DNA of 63,915 nucleotides, filler included, from Aduncisulcus paluster (Eukaryota), in NCBI GenBank assembly GCA_024181965.1. It is 10 parts of 10 records of this genome, joined end to end, with 100 filler letters (N's around TTAATTAATTAA, not from the genome) between each part and the next. Parts side by side here need not be neighbours in the genome. Positions count along the whole stretch, not along the records: positions 45,540 to 57,406 come from BQXS01010065.1; positions 57,507 to 62,051 come from BQXS01010068.1; 8 more parts are not named here. The stretch is one strand, 5' to 3'. Position numbers and translations under genes: made by a program. Below, in pieces: positions 45,540 to 58,060 of this stretch (its first letter is position 1; the number at the start of each line of letters is the position of its first letter). The notes under the pieces were generated by a model that did not search any database, had not been told where the DNA came from, and worked only from the letters and a program-made list of their open reading frames with translations.

Positions 45540-48500
45540 ACAACACACACGATGCAAATAGTAGCAAACATAGGAATGGTGTGATGTCCGTGCACATGCG
45601 TGTGATGCCCAAGAACAGAGATGGCATTGGACACGTAACTGAGGAGAGAGGATGGCAGTGAGAGTGAGAAAGAACCAGATAATAGGAGAGATACAAGTGA
45701 TAGAGAAGACATCAGCAATGGAGAGGATAGAATGGACACGGAAGAGGAGAGGAGAGACTCAGTGGAAATAGAGGAAAGGCTGTTACTAGAGGTGGATGGT
45801 ACCGATCGTGTCTTAGAGGAGATTTGAGAGCCAAGCAACTCCCAAGCGGCAGAATCTGGAGGATTTGGTTGAGTGGATACTTTCCAGTCAGCTTCTTCAC
45901 CGTCCTTTTCCTTCTTTCGACGCCTCTCAATTCGTTTCCATGAGCTTCCAAGAGTGTCATCTTTGTCACTTCCTCGTCTCCATGCCTCAGCAATTCTCTC
46001 AGTGTTTGAGTGTGAAGAGAATGAAGTCTCCTCCCACTGTGTTAGTTCTTTGACCAGCAACAAGAAAGATTTGGAGAAGTATGGTGAAGGGAATGAAGGG
46101 GAAGAGATGGGAATTGACGGGAGAGCGAGTGTGCCATTCTGTGGTGACGCTGTCTGGCTGGAAGGTTTAGATGAGGAGGAAGAAGAGATGGATATTTGGG
46201 TTGGAGAATTTGGTCTTATTATGAAGGGAGACTCAGATTTAGCAGACGAGCAATCAGAAGGGATAGGGTTGAAGAAAGAGGAAGGACATGATTGAGGTAA
46301 AGGGAAGGAGGATACACTAAGAAGCCCCATTAAAGAGGATAGTTTAGAATTGATGATAGAGCTTCGTGCCGTTTGAGAAGAATCACTCCCGACTTTCCTC
46401 TTAATTCCTTCAGATGACATTCGAGTGGTTGACGTGGCCTTCTGATTCTTCCGTTGTTTGATGATTTGATCAGTCCTTGTGCGAAGGTATACTTGGGCAT
46501 AGTATAGAATGTTGCTAAGTGTCCGATTATTAGCTATACCGGCCACAACGCCACCGACACCACTTCCACAGAATGTAAGAGCAGTAAAAGCATGTGTAGG
46601 TATATTTGAGGGAGATACAAAGTTACCATATCCACTCCGGTGCCTTGAAGAATGAGTCATATTGGGAGGATAATGAGTGGTTGAAGCAGACACAAACCAT
46701 CTTGTCGTAGGAAGTGTTAGAGGGAGTGAATGGTAGGACTGAGAAGATCTATCGTGGGAAGTCACACTGCTATGTCTACTATCATTACGTTTACGTGACT
46801 TGTCTACACCATCACTCTCACTGGCACATGAAGACCTGCGAGAATCTGGCAAAGAACCACCTTGAATCCTCTCAGCCTCACGTTTTCTCATACATTCACA
46901 CACAGCACACGAAGCACGACTGAGTCGGAGTAACTCGGTCACTCCGTGTTCTGTGGAAGCAGTGAGGAAAGGAAGCCGTTTCAAAGCAGAAGAAAGGGAG
47001 GAAAGAGCAGTAATTGTCGATGGTGGACATGGTGATGGACACATACCAATCACTGTTGTCGTAAGGAAGAGAACAGAACTGAACAACGAAGGGAAAGCAG
47101 AGGCAAAAGTTGGTGTTGAATGAGTACAAATTAAAGCGAGACAGGTTTGGACTAATTCACACCATACGGATGATAAAGAGGAAGAGGAAGCAGGTTTGAT
47201 ACTCTCATCTTCAGCATCACTCTTTGAGTCTTGGGATGCCTTGACATAGTGCGTCTTTGTGTGCAACTCAGGTACACAACAGATAAGCAATGAGAGACAT
47301 CCACTCACAACATCCATAATATTTCTAGAGTTCTTGAGTCTCATTTTACCTTCTTCCGCTCCACCCTTTCGTTCAACAGTAGGACTATCTTTCTGACCAC
47401 TGATTCCAGCGAGAACATCAGTGAGACGATCGAACAACAGAACTACTCCACAGACACCAGTGCCACAGGAACAGAGGTGTTTCCCATCGGTTTGAACATC
47501 AACTCCAATCTCCACCAAATATTCCTCACCATCCAATGTATCAAAACCCTCTGAAGAATCCCCAACGAGTCCACACAACTCACCACAAGCACAGCAGACA
47601 CCGGCCACGGATTTGGTCCATTCACTGATACATATCCCACAAACACTTAGAGCAAGCAGAATACTCGAGTCGATAGATTGAGAAACGTTGGTGTCAACAG
47701 CTTCACGAATGATTTTGCCCATCAGAGAGCACACGGACAATACCAATGAATTCTGTAAAAGCTGAGTGTGGACATGAGGTTTGGAAGGAGGGAGAAGAAG
47801 CAACGAGAGAAGAGAAAAAGCTCTGGATAAAGAAGAAGAGAAGGAAGAGAGAAGGAGAGAAGAAGGAGGAAGAGCAATAAAGGGACTATATTCAACAATC
47901 TTTCCATATTCTGCTTCATATTTGTCCTCTTCAGTCATCGGTTCAGATGGAGAGAGGGAAGAAATAGTTTGACTTTCCTCAGGAATATCCCCAATACTCT
48001 CTCCAAGAAGGTCAAGAAGAGTGTTGAGAGCAGACGAGATTGATTGGGAGAACAATGAGGCTGGTTGATAGAAAGGAGAGGAGATAAGATGGGAACCATG
48101 AGCGTGTGAACATGGGCATCCATTCCCTTCCTTCACATGATGGCAGATGTTACACACAGCCGTGCTTCCTCCACCACGAATGGCAACACTCTCTCCAAGT
48201 GCTTTCCATCCACAGACCAGGATATCAACACAGACACTGAGAGACACAGAAGGGGAGAGAGCAGAGAGAGAGGGCATGTCGGACATCGATGGAGTGTATG
48301 GGGAAACATCTTTGAAGGGATCGGGTGAGTGTTCACTCACGTCAGTGGAAGCCTTAATGTCTAAGGTATCCACAGGGATAACATGAGAAAGAGAGGAAGG
48401 TTTGTGCACCATCAAGTGAGAAGATAACAAGTCAGAGGCTTCTTTACGGGCAGAGACACTCTTCCTTGTTTTCCACAAAGCAGAACAGACACTCTCACGT

Positions 48501-51500
48501 CGATCCTGACCTTTTCCCTGCCTTTCTTGATATCTCACATCCAAACACTCTGTGATACACTTTGGAATACAACGCAAAAGACCAACACAATACTCAGGAT
48601 CATTGACCATCATAGACACAACATGACGAGGGGCCAAATCAGGATCTTGAGGGAAATTCCTTAGAAGGGATACTTTCTCAACTGGAAGAAGAGAACTAAA
48701 TATAGCAACAGATTTTGGAATAGATTTCAATATCGGAGGCACTGCAGAGATTGGAATAGGAGAGAGAGTATTTGAAGTCGATAGAGATACGATATCACAA
48801 TAAGAAGCACCATCTTCTTCCTCCTCCTTGATGATCATTGAAGGAAGTAATGGTTCAGGGGTTGGAGTTTCTCGCTTCTCAGACTTCTTTCTACCCCACC
48901 AACCTTTCCTTGACGATTCCTTCTCCTTTGTTTTCTCCTTGTCTTTCTCATCTGGCAACAACGTTTGTTTAGAGTCTTGGGAACTTCCATAAACACTTCC
49001 ATAGCAGTAACATCCAACATTCCTCAGGGTATCATGGTATAGACGAGGAATAATCAGGGAGAAACACAAAAACTTATCATTCCACAAGTTTTGAATACTT
49101 TTAAACACGGGATAAACATCACATTCTGGCACCCCAGTCTTAGACATGACAGGATTTCCAGTACCAGATTCACAAGAAGTGTCCTGGGAGAGACCTGAGG
49201 AAAGAAGAGTGTCATGCATAGGGGTTGAACCTAAGACACATTGTTTTTCAAAGTCATACAAACTTGAACTCATCATGGATTTGCACTCATCACATAGCTT
49301 GGAAGACTGGGAATCGGATTCAATAGTATAGATGGCACATCCACATGAAGAACAGCGTTTTTTCTGTGGGGATCCATGTTCTCCACTTGTGTTCGACTGT
49401 GGGTTGTGCTGGAGTGAGCCAATAAGAATAGTATCGCTGTGGATAGTGTCAGGAGTGATAATTGGGGAAGAAGGATCGACGGTTGTTGTGAGTCTCCGTG
49501 AGGGAGCACGTGATCTCCTTTGAATGGACATTCTCCTTGATAGCATACCCATCTGATCTTGAATATCACATGATGTGAATCTCCTCCTTTCACCATTTTG
49601 AGTGGAATGTGTGAGATCCACAGATCCAATGCTTTTCTTAACAGAACTCTGAGAGTCATCAACACGACCAGGAATGGCTCCATCTCCACTTACAATAGTA
49701 CTACTGCGTCTCATTGAAGGGAGAGCATCGTGTTCCCACTCACCAGTGCCATCTATAAGGTTGGAAGGAGATATTGAGGATGGTTGAGATAGTAGACTGC
49801 TAGAAAACAATCGGTCACGACTGAAAGCTCTCTCAAACTCAAGTATCTTTGGATCCCTGTCACACGAAGAATCCACTGAAATGTTACTTGAACGATCCTC
49901 ATCTTCTCCTTTAGGTTGGGATGAAGTAGTCTTCAAGACCACAGATGTTGACTTGTTGTTGCTGACAAGATCTCCATTGAAGGTCANNNNNNNNNNNNNN
50001 NNNNNNAACACGACCAGGAATGGCTCCATCTCCACTTACAATAGTACTACTGCGTCTCATTGAAGGGAGAGCATCGTGTTCCCACTCACCAGTGCCATCT
50101 ATAAGGTTGGAAGGAGATATTGAGGATGGTTGAGATAGTAGACTGCTAGAAAACAATCGGTCACGACTGAAAGCTCTCTCAAACTCAAGTATCTTTGGAT
50201 CCCTGTCACACGAAGAATCCACTGAAATGTTACTTGAACGATCCTCATCTTCTCCTTTAGGTTGGGATGAAGTAGTCTTCAAGACCACAGATGTTGACTT
50301 GTTGTTGCTGACAAGATCTCCATTGAAGGTCACACAACGCCTGATATCTTCACGATTCACAGAGGACAACGAATGACGATAAGCAACACAATCCTGAGCA
50401 TCTCCACAAACACACACAAGCATGATCACAACATCATCAATGGAATAATCTGAGGTACAAAGAGATGGGGATTGCTGGGGACTCACAGGAGAAGAAGAGG
50501 AGGAGGTTATCGTATTGTTTGTATTGGTGGCATGGTCAGATTTGGTTGGAGGAAGAAGGGATAAAACAAGAGTACGTGTGCTCTGAACAAGGGCAGGATT
50601 GGATTGGATCCGAGAGATAGAATTCTCAATCTCTAAGTGTGGGTTAGCTGAGCCAAATTGGAGAGGCGCTTTGTCTGAATTGGTGGTTGTATTGGTTTTG
50701 CCTGTGGATACCGGATCATGAGATGTGGCTGAACCAGGCTTTGTATCATTGAATAACCAAACACACTCACATTCCATCCCTCCTGCATTCTTAACAGGAG
50801 TATGAAAGGAACATACAGAGGAGAATAGGGCGTATGGAGTGCAATCTTGGTCAACTTTAGCAGCAGAGGAATCAAACTGTTTGGAGATCGAAGCCTGATC
50901 ATTGGGAGCAATTAGCTTACATCTATTAACATGCGGAATGATTTTCCCACTCTTCCCGCACACAACACATGCTTGAACTGTTATGGGATCCCTCTTAACA
51001 CTTTCGAACATACGCGAATGAAGGTTAAAGAAGGCAGACAACCGTTTGGGTGAGAGAGAAAGAGAGAAAGAGAAAGGAGAGTCCACAAAGGCATCAGGAA
51101 CGATGCAGAGGGGACGTGGGATATTGGAACCAGACTCAGGGGAAGAATGTGAAGTTGCTGAGGATTTTTTCTGTTTGCCAAACTTCTTGTCCATCTCTTG
51201 CCAGAACTTTGACGTGGGATGTTTGCCCATCTTCATCCTTGCCAAGGGATTCATACTAAGCGAAGAGCTCCTTGTATTGGTGTTGCCCAGCGGCCGAAGA
51301 GATCCGTCACGTTTCAGTGTGGATGACATTGAAGATGATCTTGAAGAACTTGGTTGGGATACATCTTGAACACCGGTGCTAAGGTCAGCTGTGGAAGCTC
51401 TTGAAGATAGCATTTTGGGAGTATTCAATGTACGTCCTTCGACATGCACACGGAAGAGTGGAATGGAGGGTCTGAACATAACTGGGAGAAGGCTTGAGGC

Positions 51501-53558
51501 AAGGAGAGGATGGTAGTGCATTTTTGCGACAATACTCACACTTGGAAGAGTAATAACATATCGATGGATGATCATTTCGGCCAGACCATCCCAGAGACAT
51601 GTGGGAAGAAGAGGGAAGACAGTCGAACGGACACCATTTTCAAATGAAATAGATTTGTCATTCTTTTTGCCACACAATCTCCTTGCAGCAGCTTGTTGAG
51701 TTTCCTTGATAACATCCTCAGCATGACATCTTGGGGAATGTGATGATGTCACATGTACAGAAGATGAACCTCCATCGGTGACCTTTGTCTGAGAGTTTGA
51801 TGGCACGTCTGGACCAACATCCTCGATTGACACAAGATCCCCTTCCTCGATATCCTTAGGATCTAGAGGGAGAGCAAGGACATATGGGTTCGTATTTGAG
51901 AGTTCAAGGATGGAATGCTCTTTGCCAGAGGAGTAGAGAGAGGAGGTCGACCCAGCATAAGAGGGGGATTTCCTCATGCGTTTGGAAGAATCCATAAGAA
52001 CTCGAAGGGACTCGGATACAACACCCTTATCGCCATACTTCTTCTTACGATGCTGCTTGGCAAGTTGGACCTGATGTTGCAATAGTTCATGATTGAGTAA
52101 TGAGAACTCACTCAGTGCATCATCAGATGTATGAGTCCGGACCAAGGTCAAAGGAGCAAAGAATATAGGAGTGCTATGAATATTTAATGATACCAAAACG
52201 ACAAAACTGGAAGATTGTGGTGGGAGAGGAAGAGCAGAAAAGGAGAGATCAACAGATTTAAGCATGGAAAACTTTGGTGAAGCACATTCGCTGGCACGAA
52301 ATGAGCTTCGGCTTCGTGATTTTGACTTCCTATTCTTTTCATGAGCGAATTCCTTTCGAAGTTCGAACAAACGTCTCGGGAATCGTTCACCATCACTACC
52401 TACAGAACCCACATCCTCTTCCATCGTTTTGATGGCAGACATACATGCAGTTTCATCAACCAAGTGGACAAGGGGAATATGGGCAGGATATATAACCTGG
52501 GGGGCTGATAGGAGGGTATTGTGAAGCTGCTGAGTATAGAATGAAGTCGTTTGACCGCCAGAACCACCAGAACCGCCCGCTATCTCCGAATATCCCGATG
52601 ATGGAGCAGTCATACCGGTTGTGCTCTCTTTGTCACTGCCAATCGAGGACGAAGATGAAAAGGTACGGCTTCCAGATGATTTGCGCCGGTTTCGTTTATC
52701 CTCTCTCCGTTTACGAATCATTGATCGCCGAACTTCTTTTCTCACTCCTTCAAATGTATTTTGGTGGAAAATACGAAGTTCAATAGACAAATCATCGATG
52801 GGAATGCCCATGTGTTGAGTTAAGAGCATAATTAAGGGAGATATTGGTAAAGATATTGATAAAGAGAGGTCAACTCTCCGAATAGAATGCCTATGAAGGT
52901 GAAATTCCATTGTATGAACACCTGGACAAATACGGGTTTCAGTGTTCCTGGAAAATGAAAAGGACATTGGGACCTTATTGGACGGTAACGAAGGAACAGG
53001 TCGAATTGGGCTTGAGAGCATAAATTCAGTGGGTTTCATACTTCTCTTTATCCTCCCAGGTCTCAATTCTGGTGTAATGGATGGAACTCCTTTTGATAAT
53101 ATTCCATATGGATCTATCTGAACTGAATCCTGGAAATGCCCAACAATATCATCAGAGGCGGCCATATATGTTCTAAAAATGGAAGAATCTTCAATATCTG
53201 TTTCACAGAGCAATTGAGAAGTATTTCTGTGTGTAGAAGCAGAAATAACTTCAAGGACTTGACTATGGGCCTCTTCTTTTATCTTTTCATGTGGAATATG
53301 AATGCTTTCAAGAGTCTTATCGATAACATCTAACATTTTAGGAGTAAGAAGTCTATTGAGGTACTTTCCAAATTTAAAATTAGTTAATAAACAGTTTTTA
53401 TAAACTTCTCCTCCTATTATGGGTGTAGAAGAAGAAGAAAAACTCCTACATGAACTTGACTCAGAAGGAACACGTTTTCTAGCAAATTCATCGCCTTTAA
53501 CTTGCCCTTCAGAAGTACTTATTAAAGAAATATGATTGATTAAATCATCAATCCTCAT
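45540..53558 (-). CDS. Very large Ser-rich hypothetical protein (at least 2550 aa), 3'-partial; 49661-49986 duplicates 50007-50332 across a gap
   Basis: Track ORFs 49911..53558 and 45488..50035 share the duplicated segment TFNGDLVSNN...GAIPGRV and join in frame. Confidence 0.8.
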
Positions 53559-54098
53559 AATGCAGAATCAAGAAGTCAACTTTTTTTATCCATTCACACA
53601 AAGTACCGTCTTANNNNNNNNNNNNNNNNNNNNTGAGGTACTTTCCAAATTTAAAATTAGTTAATAAACAGTTTTTATAAACTTCTCCTCCTATTATGGT
53701 GTAGAAGAAGAAGAAAAACTCCTACATGAACTTGACTCAGAAGGAACACGTTTTCTAGCAAATTCATCGCCTTTAACTTGCCCTTCAGAAGTACTTATTA
53801 AAGAAATATGATTGATTAAATCATCAATCCTCATAATGCAGAATCAAGAAGTCAACTTTTTTTATCCATTCACACAAAGTACCGTCTTACAAAAAAACTG
53901 CATTTATTAGTTATAGACATCAATAAAATAAATAGAAATATAATTATCCCAATATTATTCCATTATTTAACCAGGTATAGGGATTCACCCTCCCTACTGT
54001 AGGGATCTCTCTCAATATCGAAAATATCAAATGGAATTTATATTATACTTTAAATCGTAATATGAATTTGAATATTTTTTGAAAGAAATATTTGAACA

Positions 54099-54299
54099 TT
54101 AGGGCTTAAATTTTAGTTTTTCGCTTACACTTCCTATTGCAGCATCAATCCGTTCATTTTCTGTTAATAAATACTTATTCTCCTTTGAAACTTCTTCTAA
54201 TCTATCCGATATATCATCTAAAGCGGTTAGAAGCTGCAATACTACTTTTATAGCGTCTTCACGGGGAATATCTGCGAAGGAGGAACTTTTAGAAGACAT
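54099..54299 (-). CDS. Short coiled-coil protein, SCOC/Slo1 (DUF2205)-like
   Basis: VLQLLTALDDISDRLEEVSKENKYLLTENERI matches the SCOC pattern LxxLxxRVxxVKxENxxLxxEN. Confidence 0.65.
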   Translation of the reverse strand: MSSKSSSFADIPREDAIKVVLQLLTALDDISDRLEEVSKENKYLLTENERIDAAIGSVSEKLKFKP

Positions 54300-54509
54300 A
54301 TATATTTTTAAATTCTATTATATTATTGAAATGTATCGAAACAAAATAAGAAATGGTTGTAACTCTCAGAAAACCTCAATATATTTTCTGCGAAGTTCGC
54401 ACGAATCGATAGTGAGATAGTAAGAAGTAAAACTCCCAAAAATAAACGATAATATTAAATCTGAACACAATTTATTGTTATTTCCGATGGAAATATAATT
54501 ATTATTTCA

Positions 54510-57406
54510 TCACTTTGACTCATCATCGGTCTTTGCTTCTTCAGCCTTGGCCTGATCACGATCACTCTTCTTTCTGATCTTAATTCCAGCCTCTCTGTGG
54601 GAGCTCTTCCATGAGCTTCCGTAAGAACTATATCCGTAACTCCCACCATACCTATAAGAGCGTCCATAGTAATATCTACTGTAGTCATCTTCATCGTCTT
54701 CCTCAGAAAGACCCTTGTTGTACAACAGAACAAACAAGTTACCCGCAGAGAAGTCAAGGTAGCTGGTCTCTCCATAATACTTCAGACCGCCATACTTTGA
54801 AGCAACACAGGGGATCCATTTCCACTCTTCCCCCTCTTCGATCTCTTCTTCTTCTTCTTCAACTTCCTCGACAGCCTCATCAGAACCCTTGGTCTCAGGA
54901 ACATCCTCAGTGTTGTCTTCCTCATCCTTCTTGCAATCAGACTCCTTTCCATCTTCCTTTTCTTTCTTCTTACGACTCTTCAATTCATCATCCTTGGAGA
55001 TAAGCTTGAGGTTGGAGTCTTCGGTAACAATCTTCAGGATGCTGCGGTATAATCCGGCATTATAGGCACTGCTGTACCTTCCAATCATGGGGACAGCGAA
55101 GACTCCAGCACCAGGCTTCTTAGGGGTGGCGAGCTGAGCATATACGAATGGGTGTGCGATAGATTGGGCACCAGAGGTACTGATTCCGTGGTCAATACGC
55201 TTGTCCTTATCAGTCACACAGAAGTTGGTGGAGAAAACAACATAATGCTTATAATTGAGACTGGACTTAACGAGAGACTCATAAAGATCAGGCTCAATCT
55301 TGTCAGCGAGTAATTTCTCAACCGTTCTCGCTTCCTTCTCTTCATCATCGTTCAGGTAGTAATAGTAATGCTTCTCCTTCTTCTCTCTAATCTCCCAACG
55401 AGCGTACATGATTGCATTTCTGATATCTCCCTGAGGAATAAGATCAACATCGGGCACAAACAGAGGGATCAAATACACTCTCTCGACGGGGATGGCAAAG
55501 TATCTTTTCCCACGGTAAGCGGGATGCTTCTTGACAACATGATGACCGCTGTAGTTCTTCACTGTGGCCTTGCTCAGATCAATGACAGCAAAACGGACAT
55601 ACTCGATAGGAGGGGGAACGACGACCTCAGCTGTGGCGTCGAATCCAGGACAACGGGCTAACATCTGCCTGGCATAATCTGGAGCATGGGAACAGAGATA
55701 ATCAAGAGCCTGTTTCTTGAACTCGTTCACGGTGGTCTTGCCCATCTCAATGTTGATCATCGTGTTCTGATTAAACAGACCAATATCTTCCTTGGCCTTA
55801 GCCTCATCAGCTTCGGCTTGACGGATAGCATCAACATCAATCTTTTCCTTCTTCTCCCTCTTCCTCTTTTCATTCGCGACACGGGCAGCAATCTTTCCGT
55901 TCAAGTCAATGTGTTGCTCAAGACGCTCAATGTTGACAAAACCAACACGAACACGAGCTGAATTCTGATCCTCAGAAGGAGTGGTCCCACGACGGAAGTA
56001 CAACAAAATGAAACGGGTACCATTGTCGTTTTCAGTGATGATATCTTCAGGGATTCGAATGTCAGTGGGACAAAGCTCACGGAGAGTGGGAGTGGAATAG
56101 GCAGAGACATAGTAACTATAAGCACGGATGAACAAGTTAATGTCGTTCTTTTCAATGTCAGCCGGGATGGAACCAGCGGGTCTCTCCTCCTCGGGCAAGG
56201 CAGCCAAGACTTCACGTTGTTGTTTGTAGGCATCATTGATATTGGTACGAACGAATTCAAAGAGACCTGACAGAGTGGTATCTCCCTTAATAGAGGCCTT
56301 CACAAGAGGGGACTTGGTCTTTTCGCCAGAGCCAAGATCATTACGGTGATACACCAAAATGTTCAAATTGCTCGAAGCAAGCTCGACAGCCTTGAATACC
56401 TTCATCATGGAAGAGGTTGGAGTTTCACGAACAGGGGTAGGAGTAACCTGACAGTATACGGAAGAGATACCAATACGACGTGCAAGGGGAGGCAATGGCT
56501 GAGCACTCTTCTCGGCCTTCTCACGTTGTTTCTGAGCCTTTTTGGCAGCTTTGATTTGAGCAGCAACCTTAGCAGCCTCTTCACCAGCGTATCCGATAAC
56601 GTCAGAAGAAGAATCATCATCAGAAGACTCCTCAGAATCATCTCCCACAACACCCTCGTATCTGTAGATCTTACTCTTACTTCCCTCGATCTTAAAGAAT
56701 CCTAGATGTTCATAGGAAGGAATCAAGTATTTGTCACTGTCATCAGGCTCTTCCTCTTCCTCTTCCTCAGGGGGAACTTCTTGACCAGCATCAATGAGTT
56801 TCTGACGCTCAGCCTTCATACGGGCCTTGATCTCATCCATTTGCTTCCTCTTTTCACGTTTGATACTCGCATAGGCCTGTCCAAACCAGATCTTCTTCTG
56901 TGCGGTCAAAGAGTCAAACACAGCCTTCTGAATCGTGGCATAGTCATCGTCGTAACGAATAGAGATGTAAGTGACGATGCAGGTCTTCTCATCAGAGGTG
57001 TCACGATAATAGAAAATAACGGGAAGGACACGAGGTCTGTAGTTGACCCTCCTGGCAGCGGTATAGTAGTAAGACTGTCCGTCACGAGCTTCTTCTTCCT
57101 TGATGAGGCGACGCTCAGTGTTGGTGCAGGGCCAGTGGATGTAGGGGTAGCCGAGCTGAGTGAAGTTCTCCAATTGTGAGGGGGATACGAACTTGTATTG
57201 CTTAGCCTCGATGAAGAGATAGTCTCCGGATTCAATGCCAAGGTCATCAAGAGTTTGATCACTCTTGGAAATCAATTTATCCTCGTCTGGGGAGTGAATC
57301 TTCGCAACCCATTCCTCTTTGAAGATATCGTTGATGATGCCACTCTTATCCTCAAGCGAGTAATCCCACTCAGAGAAACCCTTCTTGTAAGGAGTGAAAG
57401 TATCTC
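54510..57406 (-). CDS. C-terminal part of a USP7/USP47-like deubiquitinase (ubiquitin-like domains), 5'-partial
   Basis: Frame is open to the contig edge. UBL-like DQTLDDLGIESGDYLFIE, and C-terminal HREAGIKI resembling the USP7/USP47 ExAIKI activation tail. The catalytic domain is not in the window. Confidence 0.5.
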
Positions 57407-57529
57407 NNNNNNNNNNNNNNNNNNNNNNNNNNNNNNNNNNNNNNNNNNNNTTAATTAATTAANNNNNNNNNNNNNNNNNNNNNNNNNNNNNNNNNNNNNN
57501 NNNNNNTGGATTTGACTGCGGGGAAATGT

Positions 57530-58060
57530 CATATTCCATGAAGCATCAGGGGATTAGATTCGTAGCAGTATACAGACATATGTATACCATCATATTCCGA
57601 GTTCTTGATATTTTTGATTGTAAGCAAAAGCAAGTGAAAATGAAACAGAAAGGCAAGGATAAGGATAGAAATGAAATGGAAATATATCCATGTTATTGAA
57701 TAGCATTGAAATCGTTCATAAATGTTCTTAACACGTGAAATGGAACTATATCCAGTCCTGAGGGTTCTCCAAAAGCCTGAGATATCGAGAATAAACACCA
57801 TGGCATGGAAATGAAAATAAAACATGTTTTTATCATTTACCAGCATTTAACTCGTTTATATGTGTTTTTTTAAATTTCCAATCTTATCTATTGAAGGGTT
57901 GCTTGTTCAGTCCTCGGTTTTTTCTCGTCGTACAAGCAAATTGTATGTTTACTATATGTCACATCTTTTATTAAATGTATATTAAGAAATATTTTAACCG
58001 GATTCATTCATTATTCTGCTTGTTTTTATTTTTTAGATAAGAAATTCTATCTCTATTCAA
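57530..58060 (+). repeat. Conserved upstream region of the repeat-kinase gene family (inverted copy at about 62259-62790)
   Basis: About 530 bp upstream of ATG 58061 is nearly identical to the reverse complement of the region upstream of ATG 62258. Confidence 0.9.

Noticed and set aside
53991-54005. Inverted repeat TCCCTAC-T-GTAGGGA
   Set aside because: A single 7-bp arm palindrome is expected by chance in 64 kb, and there is no second copy.
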